Below, in pieces: positions 36,181-47,232 of a stretch of DNA of 64,000 bases (position 1 is the first letter of the stretch; every line of letters starts with the position of its first letter). A model generated the notes under the pieces. That model made no database searches and had not been told where the DNA came from. It saw only the letters and a list, made by a program, of their open reading frames with translations. Source of the stretch: Gemmatales bacterium (GTDB taxonomy: Bacteria; Planctomycetota; Planctomycetia; Gemmatales; HRBIN36); contig JBEPZY010000001.1 in the NCBI GenBank assembly GCA_041640595.1, positions 66,657-130,656 on the forward strand, in the 5' to 3' direction. A program made the translations under genes and the position numbers.

Positions 36181-37292
36181 GCAGTAGTCTCCTGCGAGCT
36201 ACTCATAAGCTCTAACAAAGTTTCGCGCACTAAACTTTCGGGCACGTTTTCCACGAGTTCCACACAGCCAATGCGGTTCGGCAGTATAAATCGCAGTCGT
36301 CCCGCTCGGGCTTTCTTATCATGGCGCATGATAGCTAACAGTTCGTCAACTGGCATGAACTTTAGTTGCACCGGAAGCCCCAATCGTCTCAGCAGATTGC
36401 GTTGCCGCTCAGTAACCTCGCCTGGAATCCGCCCTAATTTTTCCGCCAGACGACTGGCGCAAATCATGCCAACCGCAACCGCTTCGCCGTGTAACCATTC
36501 CGAGTAACTACCCAGTGTTTCGAAGGCATGCGCGAAGGTATGCCCATAGTTAAGGATAGCCCGCAGACCAGTTTCTTCGCATGGATCTTGCTCCACGATA
36601 TTCGCCTTGAGTCGGCAACAATGAACGACTATGTGCTGCAAGGTCTCCTTATCACGGGCCAGGATTCGCTCGACATTCGCTTCTATATACTCAAAAAACC
36701 GAGCATCCATAATCACGCCGTACTTTACCACTTCAGCCAGGCCACTTCGATATTCTCGCTCCGGCAGCGTGTCTAACGTGTTTAGCGTGATCCACACACC
36801 CACCGGCTGGTAGAATGCACCGATAAGATTCTTACCGCGGGGATGATTGACGGCCACTTTGCCTCCGATAGCACTATCCACCATCGCCAGCAAAGTGGTC
36901 GGCACCATAAGCAGCGGTAAACCGCGATTGAATGTGGCCGCGACAAATCCTGCTAAGTCTCCGATAACTCCGCCACCTAGCGCGACTACTAAAGTTTGCC
37001 TGTCAGCTCGTAGCTCTATCAGCGCATCATAGAGTCTGGCTGCCATTTCTAAAGACTTAGAAGACTCACCACTGGGAATCACCGCCAGGCTGCTGCGAAA
37101 GCCTTGCTGTTCCAGCGCCTGAAGCACAACATCAGCATAGCTTTTTACCGCCGCATCGCAAACCACGAGAGCCAGTTCACTTTTAGCAACGCAGCTACGA
37201 GCGAACTCGCCAATCGCCCCTAAGTTTGCCGAATGCACCTGGATGGGATAGCTAGCTTCCCGAGCTGGTATAGTTACTCGAAGGGTCTGCAT
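36165..37292 (-). CDS. aroB: 3-dehydroquinate synthase
   Basis: SYPI.V, PSGE.SK, ALGGGVIGDLAGFVAATFNRG, VDSAIGGK.AVNHP.GKN.IGAFYQP, LNYGHTF.HA.E, HGEAVA.GM. The start is ambiguous (ATG 37292, ATG 37316 or TTG 37331). Confidence 0.9.
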   Translation of the reverse strand: MQTLRVTIPAREASYPIQVHSANLGAIGEFARSCVAKSELALVVCDAAVKSYADVVLQALEQQGFRSSLAVIPSGESSKSLEMAARLYDALIELRADRQTLVVALGGGVIGDLAGFVAATFNRGLPLLMVPTTLLAMVDSAIGGKVAVNHPRGKNLIGAFYQPVGVWITLNTLDTLPEREYRSGLAEVVKYGVIMDARFFEYIEANVERILARDKETLQHIVVHCCRLKANIVEQDPCEETGLRAILNYGHTFAHAFETLGSYSEWLHGEAVAVGMICASRLAEKLGRIPGEVTERQRNLLRRLGLPVQLKFMPVDELLAIMRHDKKARAGRLRFILPNRIGCVELVENVPESLVRETLLELMSSSQETTACTRQ

Positions 37293-37352
37293 CTGAATTG
37301 CACCACACAGGCTCATGTTCCGATTGGACAAGTCAGTCAGCTCGTCTCGTTG

Positions 37353-38240
37353 CTAATCTTCATCCACACGTATAGCGTAAAAACCGGCGTCGCGCTCTTG
37401 AAATTTTGAGGTACCACAAATAGCAGCGCCGCCTCGCGTGAAAATATAGCCGCTGAAATGCTGCACCGATTGCGGGAACTTGATCGTGAATTGAACCAGG
37501 TGACGGGGATTAGGGCCGACTTTGCCGGATACTGGATATTTGTTGCCAGTGGTGTCCGAAAGAAACTCGCCGCTAAGGTTTCCCTCAGCATCCACCTGCA
37601 AACGTAAAAGACCACTACGCCGACCGTCGTCGTAAAGGCGGAAGCTGCCATTGAAAAATTCCGGCCGGTATGGGTCGTCGGGGGCCGGTCGCGCGGATTT
37701 CTTAATCTCCGTCCCGGCCAGCGATCGTGTGATTAGATATAGACGCGCTTTGCCCAGACTCTGAAGAACTTCGCCTTTTTTAGGGTCTATATCAAACCGC
37801 AAATCGCCGCCTATTTCACCCGGTACGATCTGGCCGATTTCCAGATGAAATACATATCCAGGATAAAGGTGTATATTCCGACCTTCAGCAGCGATAGAGC
37901 GCTCGGTGCCTGGCCGGTAGGTTACGAAACGTTCGATGACCAGTACGGGAAATACCCGGTCAGCAAATTTCTGCCGGGCAAACTGAACTAATAACTTGGC
38001 GTTGAAACCGTTACTGGTTCGCACAAGGATGAGTGCACTGTTGCTTCCGGGAACAAGTTTAGGAGCTTCGTTCGCCTGCTCGGCGGTGAGTTGGGTTAGT
38101 TCGATCACTCCAGGCTGGCCAATCGCCTTCCCCAGCACATGATTCGTGTAACGGTCAAACACGTCCCCATGGGCAACATGACTAACCATGAAGAGGCCGA
38201 CTACCGAAGTCAGCAATAAATTTAGAACTATTTTTGCCAT
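37353..38240 (-). CDS. Hypothetical secreted protein (signal peptide), about 295 aa
   Basis: MAKIVLNLLLTSVVGLFMVSHVAHG signal-like N-terminus. ATG 38240 sits 8 nt after AAGGAGAG. No recognised domain. Confidence 0.55.
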   Translation of the reverse strand: MAKIVLNLLLTSVVGLFMVSHVAHGDVFDRYTNHVLGKAIGQPGVIELTQLTAEQANEAPKLVPGSNSALILVRTSNGFNAKLLVQFARQKFADRVFPVLVIERFVTYRPGTERSIAAEGRNIHLYPGYVFHLEIGQIVPGEIGGDLRFDIDPKKGEVLQSLGKARLYLITRSLAGTEIKKSARPAPDDPYRPEFFNGSFRLYDDGRRSGLLRLQVDAEGNLSGEFLSDTTGNKYPVSGKVGPNPRHLVQFTIKFPQSVQHFSGYIFTRGGAAICGTSKFQERDAGFYAIRVDED

Positions 38241-38252
38241 GCTCATCTCTCC

Positions 38253-39719
38253 TTATTGGCTGCGGCTTGCTACTGTGTGCAAGAGCGTCAGTATTTCCGC
38301 CGTAATTTTTTCCGAAGCGTGCACCTCGAGATAGCTCGAGCGGGCCCGCCAGGTTTCGTAACCCCCCAATTCATGATGCCTCGGTGTCGGAAGGTAACCA
38401 TTATAACCGTTAGCAAGCTCGATAATAAAGGTCGGTTTCAGGGGACTCTTCTGCTTAATTTCCAGGCCGATTTCGCAAAAGACCTCGCAGGGAAGGGCGC
38501 CAATGCCGACTTCGCCAACACGAATAGCTTGTAGCTTGAGACGGACGCGGGGCGGATACTGAGCGAGCAGAACGGTTTCTCGCGCGTAGATTTCCGGAAC
38601 TGTGCGTAGAACGGCCCCCTTAGCCTGAGCTAGTATTTCGCGAGCCTTAGCAACTTCCTCTGGCGAAGGCAGCCGAACGCCTAATTCTATTTCCTTCTCA
38701 GCAACAGCTAATGTAATGTCTTCCCGATGCTTGTCCGCGACCTGTTGATAGGCAGCATAAGCAGCCCGCGCGACACTATCAGCCACGAGTCGGCACTGCG
38801 AATACGGTTCCCGCGGTCCGGGAGCAGGCATAGCGAAATTGATGTTATTGATGTCGCCGCTGGTTCCGTTTGTCATAATGCCAACAAAGGGTGGCTGGAC
38901 ACGCTCAGCTCCTAAAAGTTGCTTGATCCGTTCGGCAAACGCACCAAAATAGTCAGCGGATAGTCCCGGCACTCCTCCAACATAATGCAAAGCATAGTTA
39001 GCAAGAAAAGCGATAGGCCTGCCCTGGCGAGATTGCACGCTGAGGAAACATACTTCCGGGTCCGTTGGACCAGCTGGTTTTATTAGTCCCGGATGCTGAT
39101 AGCCGGGATTCATTTTCACCTGTTCTACCCGACCAAACGGATTCGGCCCGAAACTACCAGGCTTGACGTACCAGCGGCGATTGAAGACCTGGGTAGGATC
39201 TTTACCAACTCCCCAGGCAATGCGGGCCGGCTCACGCTGTTGATAAGCCTGCTCCACACCCTTGACGATTTGTTCAACGAGAAAATCCCGGTACCAGTCA
39301 ACCGGTTCGCTTTGAAAGACACCAGTGAGAGTCACAGCCGAGTGAGTGTGCGTTGCCGCAATCAATATATTGCTTTTAGGAATGCCTAGCCTCTTTTCGA
39401 TCAATTCTTTGGCCCGGTCGCACAAATCGCGGGGGATCATACAGGAATCCACAACAACGAACACCACGGTGGTCCGACCGTCATCCAGCACCAGACAGCG
39501 AGCGTGCAGGGGATCGTGCACCTCACTAATCATGCGGTCCTGCATACCCCCATTGACAGAAACAGGCAACTTCTTGGGCGTAATATCAATCGCATAAGCT
39601 CCGGCACGCAGACCACCGGACTTAGGCTCTACACTTCTAACAAGGGACGCGCTCATTACCAATAAAGCAGCCAATACCGTAAATACCAGGGCAAATACCG
39701 CTCTGCGCATTGGCAACAT
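38253..39719 (-). CDS. Neutral/alkaline ceramidase-like N-terminal domain protein (secreted hydrolase)
   Basis: Signal peptide. L.AG.YAIDITP, HDPLHARCLVLDDG, VVDSC.I, ATHTHSA resemble the neutral ceramidase family pattern as I recall it. SD AGGAG 7 nt upstream. Confidence 0.5.
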   Translation of the reverse strand: MLPMRRAVFALVFTVLAALLVMSASLVRSVEPKSGGLRAGAYAIDITPKKLPVSVNGGMQDRMISEVHDPLHARCLVLDDGRTTVVFVVVDSCMIPRDLCDRAKELIEKRLGIPKSNILIAATHTHSAVTLTGVFQSEPVDWYRDFLVEQIVKGVEQAYQQREPARIAWGVGKDPTQVFNRRWYVKPGSFGPNPFGRVEQVKMNPGYQHPGLIKPAGPTDPEVCFLSVQSRQGRPIAFLANYALHYVGGVPGLSADYFGAFAERIKQLLGAERVQPPFVGIMTNGTSGDINNINFAMPAPGPREPYSQCRLVADSVARAAYAAYQQVADKHREDITLAVAEKEIELGVRLPSPEEVAKAREILAQAKGAVLRTVPEIYARETVLLAQYPPRVRLKLQAIRVGEVGIGALPCEVFCEIGLEIKQKSPLKPTFIIELANGYNGYLPTPRHHELGGYETWRARSSYLEVHASEKITAEILTLLHTVASRSQ

Positions 39720-39781
39720 ATTGCTTCTCCTTTTAGCAGGGAGAGCCAGGTGATACTATATCCGGTCCCTGCTTTATCAAA

Positions 39782-41182
39782 TCATTTCAAGTCGGGATCG
39801 CGGGTCTCTTTACGCAATTCCTCTAAGCGCTGGCGAAGTTGCTTAACCAGTAGTTCGGTTCCTGGCTTGCCGTAGAGGTTTTCGCGTTCTTCAGGATCAT
39901 TTTGCAAGTCGTAAAGCTCAAATTCCTGGGGGTCTTCGTAATAATGGATAAACTTGTATCTCTCGGTGCGGATACCTCGATGCTTGCGAACACTGTGGGG
40001 ACCGGGATATTCATAGTACTCGTACAACCAATCGCTCCGCCAATCCGAAGGCGTTTCGCCTTTCAGGAGTGGCACCAAACTTCGTCCCTGCATGTGTTTA
40101 GGTATCGATATCCGCGCCAATTCCAGCACAGTTGGAGCGATGTCTAAATTCAGCACCATCTTATCGCACGTGGAACCGGCCTTAATAAGCGGAGGATAAC
40201 GGACTAGGAGCGGCACACGAATGCTCGGTTCATGCATGAAACGCTTATCGAATGCCTGCCACTCGCCCAGGAAGAAACCGTTGTCGGAAGTGTAAAAGAT
40301 CACAGTTTTATCCAGGGTACCGGACTTTTCCAGGGCCTTGATGACCTTGCCGACGTTTTCATCTACCGCCACTATAGTGGCATAATAATCCTTGACAAAG
40401 GTATCGAGACTGGCGACATCTTGAAAAGAGCCAATCTTGTTGTCAGCTTCATGGAATGCGCGGGGCTTGCCTGGCGAACCTTGGGCTCGCAGATCATAAG
40501 TGGGCGGTTTAGGGATGCTAATGCCCTTGAATAAGTCCTGGTGTCGGGTTGCTCGTGTCCAGGGACGGTGAGGCGCCTTGAACCAGAGAAACAGGCAAAA
40601 CGGCTTCGTCCTTGGCCGATTGAGCCAGGCGATTGCCTTATCTGTGACTATGTCGTCCATGTAACCCGAATACATAACATCCTTGCCGTCTGTGCCTTCA
40701 GCGATGCGGGGATTTAGATAGGCTCCCTGACCTAGATAGCCGAAATAATAGTCCCAGCGACGGTCGCGCAAAGCGCCGGCAACATGCGATTTGCCGCAGA
40801 AGGCTACTTCATAGCCCGCTTCACGAAGGTAATCGGAAAGAATTGGCATGTCTTTGGGAATTCGGCGATTTTTGTTGTCAATGACGCCGTGGACGTGCGA
40901 ATAAACTCCGGTAAGTAAAGTAGCACGGCTGGGCGCACAGAGCGAATTGGTGACGAACATGTTACGAAACCGTATGCCTTCATGGGCGAGGCGGTCAATA
41001 TGAGGCGTCTTGAGAATCGTGTTTCCGGCACAACTCAGTGCGTCGGCTCGCTGGTCATCGGTCATAAAAATAATAATGTTAGGCCGTTCACCGGCCTGGC
41101 AAGCAGCGAAAAAGCCACCAAAATTAGCGGCTGCAAGTGTGATAGCCAAGGAGATAAGCAGTTGCAGGCTGGGCTTGGGCAT
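39782..41182 (-). CDS. Sulfatase (formylglycine-dependent, arylsulfatase/GlcNAc-6-sulfatase-like)
   Basis: PNIIIFMTDDQRADAL and the C-x-P-S-R signature LCAPSRATLLTG, GKSH, YTSDNG. Signal peptide. Confidence 0.9.
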   Translation of the reverse strand: MPKPSLQLLISLAITLAAANFGGFFAACQAGERPNIIIFMTDDQRADALSCAGNTILKTPHIDRLAHEGIRFRNMFVTNSLCAPSRATLLTGVYSHVHGVIDNKNRRIPKDMPILSDYLREAGYEVAFCGKSHVAGALRDRRWDYYFGYLGQGAYLNPRIAEGTDGKDVMYSGYMDDIVTDKAIAWLNRPRTKPFCLFLWFKAPHRPWTRATRHQDLFKGISIPKPPTYDLRAQGSPGKPRAFHEADNKIGSFQDVASLDTFVKDYYATIVAVDENVGKVIKALEKSGTLDKTVIFYTSDNGFFLGEWQAFDKRFMHEPSIRVPLLVRYPPLIKAGSTCDKMVLNLDIAPTVLELARISIPKHMQGRSLVPLLKGETPSDWRSDWLYEYYEYPGPHSVRKHRGIRTERYKFIHYYEDPQEFELYDLQNDPEERENLYGKPGTELLVKQLRQRLEELRKETRDPDLK

Positions 41183-41196
41183 GGCCGGTAGATCTC

Positions 41197-41940
41197 CTAA
41201 ATGTAAGTTTGCGTGGTCGGTTTGATAATGAGCTCGGGAACAGATGCATGTGGCGGTAAGGTGGCAACGTACAGTATAGCGCGGGCTACGTCTATAGGTT
41301 TGAGTATGCGCTGGCGGTGTTCGGGGGGAGGAGGTGAGGGTCGCATTTCCAGAATGGGTGTGTCCACTTCGCCTGGGAATATGGTGGCTACACGAATGCC
41401 GCGAGCGGATAACTCCGCAGCTAGGCAGGTGGCTAGTGCTGCCAGACCGGCTTTGGCGGCGCTATAGGCAGCTCCGCCTAAAGGTGAGGCCCGTTTACCA
41501 GCGATGGAACTTACGTTGATAATGTAACCGCTGCCACGCTCTAACATGGCTGGCAGCAAGGCATGGATGCAATAGAACGCACCGGACAGGTTGGTGCGGA
41601 TAAGCATGTCCCACGATTCCGGCGTAAGCTGCGTGACCGCACGCTGAGCGATATTGGTGCCAGCGTTGTTGATCAGGAAGTCCACATGAGTGAGCCAGGC
41701 GAAAGCCTCACGGGCAGCTTCTTGTACCTGACCGGGATCGCCAACATCACAAACGGCAAAGCGGCATCTGTCCTGGCCTAGCTCTTGAGCGACGGCGCTC
41801 AATTTTACCCGATTACGGCCGATCAGGAAGACTCGTGCTCCTTCGGCTACGAACAGCTGAGCAGTGGCCAGTCCGATCCCCGAACTGCCTCCGGTGATGA
41901 AAGCTGTTTTACCTTCCAGCTGTCTAGACCCCATCGCCAT
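41197..41940 (-). CDS. SDR-family oxidoreductase
   Basis: TGGSSGIGLATA cofactor motif, NNAG, catalytic YSAAK. Confidence 0.85.
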   Translation of the reverse strand: MAMGSRQLEGKTAFITGGSSGIGLATAQLFVAEGARVFLIGRNRVKLSAVAQELGQDRCRFAVCDVGDPGQVQEAAREAFAWLTHVDFLINNAGTNIAQRAVTQLTPESWDMLIRTNLSGAFYCIHALLPAMLERGSGYIINVSSIAGKRASPLGGAAYSAAKAGLAALATCLAAELSARGIRVATIFPGEVDTPILEMRPSPPPPEHRQRILKPIDVARAILYVATLPPHASVPELIIKPTTQTYI

Positions 41941-42178
41941 TTGCTCCGCAAGAGACCGCTGCCGGCGGTTGCTCCTGCGGGTAAGGATACGAAGAACCCC
42001 GCTCCTGATTCAAGACTCGGCGATGGGAAAATATGGACGATAATCTGCACGGTAGAGTCGCGTTTATCTTGGTTCGGTGATGTCTTCCATCGGGCATGGA
42101 CACACGTATAACGCGTTCCACGCTGGCGGCTCACTGGCCAGATGCGGCCAGTTGTTCTAACTTGGAAGCGACTACTTT

Positions 42179-42502
42179 TCACTTTTCAGGTTTGGTATCG
42201 CTGGGCTTTGCGTCAGGAATACCACGCAGTTTGAGATACAGTTCCTTTTGCTGCGGTGTGAGGACGGCAAAGATTTGCGTCCGCTCTTCCTCGCGGAGCT
42301 TTTTGATCTGAGCTTCCAGAGCTTCCACTTTGGCGTCGTATTCGGCCTGGATTTTGTAAATCTTCTGCTTTTGCTCGTCGCTCAGGCCAAGTTTGGCAAA
42401 GCCCTGGGGTAGCCGACCTTTGACTTTCTCCTGTGCCACACCCACGCCGACTACCAGGCACAACACCGCTGCGGTTAGCCATGCGATGACCCGTAGGTGC
42501 AT
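42179..42502 (-). CDS. Spy/CpxP-like periplasmic helical protein (LTxxQ-type motifs), 107 aa
   Basis: Start moved to MHLRVIAWLTAAVLCLV (ATG 42502 after CAGGAGGAG). LSDEQKQKI and LTPQQKELY motifs in a coiled, charged protein. Confidence 0.6.
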   Translation of the reverse strand: MHLRVIAWLTAAVLCLVVGVGVAQEKVKGRLPQGFAKLGLSDEQKQKIYKIQAEYDAKVEALEAQIKKLREEERTQIFAVLTPQQKELYLKLRGIPDAKPSDTKPEK

Positions 42503-42868
42503 GTGCACTCCTCCTGTTGCTGAAGCGTGTCCGAGAACCACCCTGGCCCCGCGGCCAAGGTTACGCTCATGGTAGCGAAAACCGACCGGCTGTGTCAAGA
42601 AAAAATGGCAAAAATGTTATCAGCCACCAGAGGATTCGGGTAAACGCTTGAGATTTTGCCAGGTACTCCTGGCGAATTGTAAACCCATACCGGTGCATTG
42701 TAACGCCGTTTGCGAGCATTTTTGGGCGTGGCCAGGGGGAAGAAGTGCTCCAGCTGTGCTGGCAGCAGCGTCGAACGGGGTGAAGCTCGGCAGCAACCAG
42801 GTTGGTCCACCCTGGCCAGCGATCAGCTGCAAGAGTAACGGTTGCTGATGCACGTGCCGGCAGGTGTG

Positions 42869-42893
42869 AAAAACGCGGATCAGTCGCGTTTTG
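42869..42893 (-). terminator. Weak candidate intrinsic terminator after accC
   Basis: On the minus strand AAAACGCG-acugauc-CGCGUUUUU, about 45 nt after the accC stop. Only 4 G:C pairs, so it is weak. Confidence 0.3.
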
Positions 42894-42935
42894 CGAAGAC
42901 CCTGTAAAGGCAAGCTGCTCACAAGCGGGCAGCGA

Positions 42936-44321
42936 TTACCGTAGGGAGGCGGCGAGTTTGGCATCGCGTCCGCTTTGCTCACCGCTCATCCAGAATCGTT
43001 CGACGAAAGTGGTGTCCACCTGGCCTTCGATGAACGCCGAGTGGTTGAGAATCTCGCGGTGCAGCGGGATAGTGGTTTTGATTCCTTCGACGATAAACTC
43101 GCGCAAAGCGCGACGCATCACCGCCAGCGCTTCTTCGCGGGTGGGTTGCCAGACGAGGAGTTTGGCGATGAGCGAATCATAGTTGGGCGGGACGCGGTAA
43201 CCCTGCACGACGTGGGAATCGAGCCGCACGCCCGGCCCGCCTGGCGGTTGCCAGCGCGTAACTACTCCCGGACACGGAGCGAAACCACGGTACGGATCTT
43301 CGGCATTGATGCGACATTCGATAGCCGCTCCGCGATGAACGACCTGGCGCTGGGTAAAGCTGAGAGGATAGCCTGCGGCTACGCGAATCTGTTCTCGCAC
43401 CAGGTCAATGCCGGTGACCAGTTCGGTAACCGGATGTTCGACCTGAATGCGTGCGTTGACCTCGATGAAGTAAAAATTGCCTTGCTTGTCCACGAGGAAC
43501 TCGCAGGTGCCGGCGTTGTAATAGCCGGCGGTTTTGGCAAGTCGAACAGCGGCTTTGCAGATCTCCTCTCGCAATTGCGGGGGCAGATTGGGAGCGGGCG
43601 ATTCTTCGATGAGTTTCTGGTGGCGTCGTTGCATGGAACAATCGCGTTCCCACAGGTGCACTACTTCGCCCTTCTGGTCGCCGATGATTTGCACCTCGAC
43701 GTGGCGTGGTTGTTCGAGGTATTTTTCGATGTACAGGCTGCCGTCTTTGAAAGCGCTTTCGGCTTCTGCGCGGGCCTGTTTGATGGCGGCCTGGAGGCTG
43801 ATGTCATTGCGGGCAACACGCATACCGCGACCACCGCCGCCTGCGGCTGCCTTGATGAGCACGGGATAGCCAATTTCGCGGGCCACGCGCAGGGCTTCGG
43901 CATCGCTGCCGATGAGATCGCTGCCTGGTACGATGGGCACCTTGGCTTCACGGGCCAGCTGGCGGGCTTCGTGCTTGTTGCCGAGCTTGCGCATCGCTTC
44001 CACCGGCGGGCCGATGAATTCGATGTTGCACGATCGGCAAATTTCCGCGAAATGCGGGTTCTCGGACAGGAAGCCGTAGCCGGGATGAATCGCCTCGACG
44101 TCGGCGACCTCGGCAGCGGCAATGATCCGCGAGATGTTGAGGTAACTCTCGGCGGCCGGAGGTGGCCCAATGCAGATCGCCTCATCGGCCAGTTCCAACC
44201 AGGGTGCTCCGCGATCCGCCTCGCTATAGACAGCGACAACCTCGATGCCCAGATCGCGGCAGGCGCGAATGACGCGTAGAGCGATTTCACCGCGGTTCGC
44301 GACGAGAATACGCTGGAACAT
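42936..44321 (-). CDS. accC: Acetyl-CoA carboxylase, biotin carboxylase subunit
   Basis: Start moved to [16 protein letters not shown] (ATG 44321 after GGAAGGAG). ATP-grasp blocks [56 protein letters not shown]. Confidence 0.95.
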   Translation of the reverse strand: MFQRILVANRGEIALRVIRACRDLGIEVVAVYSEADRGAPWLELADEAICIGPPPAAESYLNISRIIAAAEVADVEAIHPGYGFLSENPHFAEICRSCNIEFIGPPVEAMRKLGNKHEARQLAREAKVPIVPGSDLIGSDAEALRVAREIGYPVLIKAAAGGGGRGMRVARNDISLQAAIKQARAEAESAFKDGSLYIEKYLEQPRHVEVQIIGDQKGEVVHLWERDCSMQRRHQKLIEESPAPNLPPQLREEICKAAVRLAKTAGYYNAGTCEFLVDKQGNFYFIEVNARIQVEHPVTELVTGIDLVREQIRVAAGYPLSFTQRQVVHRGAAIECRINAEDPYRGFAPCPGVVTRWQPPGGPGVRLDSHVVQGYRVPPNYDSLIAKLLVWQPTREEALAVMRRALREFIVEGIKTTIPLHREILNHSAFIEGQVDTTFVERFWMSGEQSGRDAKLAASLR

Positions 44322-44332
44322 GGCTCCTTCCG

Positions 44333-44845
44333 TTATGCTGAAGTGTCCACGCGAAAGAGCACCTGGCCGTACTCCACCGGCTGCTGGTTCTGCACGCATA
44401 TTTCCACAATTACGCCGCTACAATCGGCCGTGATCTCGTTGAAAACTTTCATGGCCTCAATCAGACAGACGACGGTGTCCGGTTGCACTCGGGAACCGAC
44501 GCGCACAAAAGGTTCGGCATCGGGCGAAGGAGCGGCGTAGAAGGTGCCTGGAGTTGGGCTTTTGATCTCGTGGAGTTTTTTCGGCGGTTTCGATTCTGCG
44601 GGTGCTGAAGTAGGGGTCGGGGTCGGCGGCGCAGGTACGGGGACGCTGGGAGCAGGCGGAACCGTGGCGGGCAGGGCAGCGGGAGTCGCCGACTCTACTA
44701 CGGCGGCCTTTCGCTTCAGTTTGAGACGATTTTTGCCGTCCCGCCATTCCAGTTCCGTCAACTCATATTTCGCCATCAGCTGGATCAGTTGCCGGACGGT
44801 ATTCAAATCGAAGGGATTGGCAGTGCCTTCGCCGGTATTCGGCAC
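44333..44845 (-). CDS. accB: Biotin carboxyl carrier protein of acetyl-CoA carboxylase
   Basis: Biotinyl-lysine motif [10 protein letters not shown], Pro/Ala linker. GTG 44845 sits 6 nt after GGAGGG; ATG 44875 (track) is the alternative. Confidence 0.88.
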   Translation of the reverse strand: MPNTGEGTANPFDLNTVRQLIQLMAKYELTELEWRDGKNRLKLKRKAAVVESATPAALPATVPPAPSVPVPAPPTPTPTSAPAESKPPKKLHEIKSPTPGTFYAAPSPDAEPFVRVGSRVQPDTVVCLIEAMKVFNEITADCSGVIVEICVQNQQPVEYGQVLFRVDTSA

Positions 44846-44913
44846 GGAAAGCCCTCCTGGTCGGCAGAACCGCAAGCGGCCCGCAAATCAGGAGCCGATT
44901 CGCGGAAGAATGG

Positions 44914-45999
44914 TTATCGGAAAAGCGATTGCAGTTCGCAGGGGAACTGGCTGAGCAATTCGCAGCCATCGTTGGTGATGAGGATATCCTGTTCCAGCCG
45001 CACTCCGCCCCATTCCGGAAAATACAGGCCCGGCTCAATGGTCAGCACCATGCCAGGCTGAAGCGGCTGTTCGTTACCGGGCCGAAGAATGGGCTGCTCG
45101 TGCACTTCCAGACCGATACCATGCCCAGTGCTGTGCAGGAAATACTCTCCGAAGCCGCAATCCGCCAGGGCAGCCAGCACCGTCTCGTGCACCTGACAGG
45201 CTGGGATGCCCGGTCGCAGGACAGCCAAAGCTCGTTCGAGAGCCTGGCGAACGGTTTGGTAAGCCGTTCGCAGACGCGGCGAGATTGTACGGCCAGCAAA
45301 AACGCGGGTCAAGTCGCTCTTATAGCCGCAATCCGCGCCCCAATCCACCAGCAGGACTTCGCAATCTCCAATAGGCTTTCGGCGTGCTCGCGCGTGGGGA
45401 TGGGCGGCGCGTTCATCGGCGGCAACAATAACCGGAAAACTGCCACATTCCGCCCCTTCTTCCCGCAATAACAACTCGAGCCGGTCCGCTAATGTTTTCT
45501 CGGTGTCGGTAGGTCGCACGGTTTCAAGCCAACGCAACAAAGCGCGTTCGGCAACGGTAATGGCGTGGCGAATCGAAGCGATTTCCTCAGGGTCTTTGCA
45601 GGCCCGTTCCGCTTCCACCAGACCGCGAACCGGTAGGACAGCCACTTCGCGGAGTTTGTCGCCTAACTGTTCCCAATCGGCGTGGGGGATGTGATCGGCA
45701 GGGCAGGCCAGTTTCTGCCAACCCAGTTCCTGCACGACCTGGGCGGTCAGTTCCACGAGGTTACCGCCCACTGGTCGCAACCGCACGGTCAAATCCGGGC
45801 ATTCTTCCGCCAGTTGCTGGGCGTAACGCTTATCGCTCAGCGCAATCGCTTCGGTCTGGCTCAGTAGCAACCACGTGCTATCGCCGGTGAAACCGGTTAA
45901 ATAGCGAACATTAGCGACGCCTACGACCAGTAAACCGTCGGCCGGTTCGGGCAATCGCCCCAGCACGCTTTGACGCCGGCGTTGGTAGTCAAAAGTCAT
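44914..45999 (-). CDS. M24B-family Xaa-Pro aminopeptidase/dipeptidase
   Basis: Start moved to MTFDYQRRR (ATG 45999). Creatinase-like N-domain, then metal-ligand contexts VDWGA...YKSDLTR, HSTGHGIGLEVHE, MVLTIEPGLY. Confidence 0.85.
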   Translation of the reverse strand: MTFDYQRRRQSVLGRLPEPADGLLVVGVANVRYLTGFTGDSTWLLLSQTEAIALSDKRYAQQLAEECPDLTVRLRPVGGNLVELTAQVVQELGWQKLACPADHIPHADWEQLGDKLREVAVLPVRGLVEAERACKDPEEIASIRHAITVAERALLRWLETVRPTDTEKTLADRLELLLREEGAECGSFPVIVAADERAAHPHARARRKPIGDCEVLLVDWGADCGYKSDLTRVFAGRTISPRLRTAYQTVRQALERALAVLRPGIPACQVHETVLAALADCGFGEYFLHSTGHGIGLEVHEQPILRPGNEQPLQPGMVLTIEPGLYFPEWGGVRLEQDILITNDGCELLSQFPCELQSLFR

Positions 46000-46040
46000 G
46001 CGGAACACCAGACCCGATTGTTGGGCACACTGAAAGGCAA

Positions 46041-47111
46041 TTAGCTGGAGCGACTCCACGCATTGCGGAAAAAGCGTACCCAATTGCGGTAAAAGATATT
46101 GCGGATGTCCTCTTCGGAGTAGCCGCGTCTTCGCAATAGCCCCGCCAGTTTCTGGAGGTCGGCAATGGATTGGAGATCGTGCGGAGTTTGTTCTGTACCG
46201 AAGCCGCCATCCAGGTCGCTACCAATGGCAGCGTGGCGACTGTTCCCCGCCAGCTGGCAGACATGGTCTATATGGTCCACGATGGCTTCCATGCTGACGA
46301 CTTCCGGACTGGTTTGTCCCCGTATCCAATTCGGGTAAAGCATCCAGGCATCGCAGGCGGCACCGATCACAGCGTCGCGCTCGAGTAGCTGACGGATTTG
46401 CTCGTCGGTGAGTTGACGTTGATGCGGTACCAGCGCCCGACAATTGTGATGACTGGCGAGCACCGGGCCATGATAGATTTCCAGTGCTTCGGCAAAGCTC
46501 TGGTCGGCCAGATGCGTTACGTCCAGGATCATGCCGATGCGTTCCATCTCGCGGAGTAAATCACGTCCTGCTGGAAATAATCCTCCTTCGGTGCCCGTGC
46601 CGTGAGCATAGGGGCTGACTCCGTAGTGAGCCGGGCCGATAATCCGCAAGCCTCGCTCGTACCATTGCTCCACCTGTGCCGGCGAGAGCACCCCGTCGCC
46701 CCCTTCCATGCTGAGGATGAAGTAAAGCGGCGTGTTCTCGGAGCCGCCGTGCTCCCAGGCGGCGACGGCGGCGTCGAGCTCCTGGACATTGCGAATCCAG
46801 CGAAGCACTCCACGTTCCACCTGGGCTTGGTAATACGCGAGCTGACCACAGACGGCCGCATAAGCGGCTACCATGGAGCGGTACGGTTGCAACGGCGGCA
46901 TAGTTTCGCGGAGCAAACGTGGTAATAGGGTCATAATGCTCAAACCCACTTGCCCTTTGCGCATTTCCGGAAAACAAACCGTGTTGCGTCCGCGACCCTT
47001 GCCGGTCATTCCCGCTTCAGCAGCACGGATTACCTCCAGCGGTTGCTCGTAGTCGCGGTTCCAGTCGAGAGCGTTCCAGGCTACGTCAAGATGCGCGTCG
47101 AACACAAGCAT
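46041..47111 (-). CDS. Membrane-dipeptidase family (peptidase M19) zinc dipeptidase
   Basis: MLVFDAHLDV (HxD), ILDVTHL, ASHHN.RAL, AIGSDLDGG. SD GAGGA 8 nt upstream. Confidence 0.8.
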   Translation of the reverse strand: MLVFDAHLDVAWNALDWNRDYEQPLEVIRAAEAGMTGKGRGRNTVCFPEMRKGQVGLSIMTLLPRLLRETMPPLQPYRSMVAAYAAVCGQLAYYQAQVERGVLRWIRNVQELDAAVAAWEHGGSENTPLYFILSMEGGDGVLSPAQVEQWYERGLRIIGPAHYGVSPYAHGTGTEGGLFPAGRDLLREMERIGMILDVTHLADQSFAEALEIYHGPVLASHHNCRALVPHQRQLTDEQIRQLLERDAVIGAACDAWMLYPNWIRGQTSPEVVSMEAIVDHIDHVCQLAGNSRHAAIGSDLDGGFGTEQTPHDLQSIADLQKLAGLLRRRGYSEEDIRNIFYRNWVRFFRNAWSRSS

Positions 47112-47232
47112 GATTAATTCCTCATCGCAGTCGTTTGCTCAGATTGCTCCAGCATCTTTCGCTCAGCCACAAGGGACGGGCGGCAGAGCAGGGGGCACGG
47201 TTACCGCGCGGGCAGTTCGCATTGGCCAACGC

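Noticed and set aside
42975-44279. 434-aa plus-strand ORF
   Set aside because: It lies entirely antisense to the strongly supported accC gene. Its composition is Ala/Gly/Asp/Phe-rich and shadow-like, with no motifs. Long antisense ORFs are common in GC-rich coding DNA.
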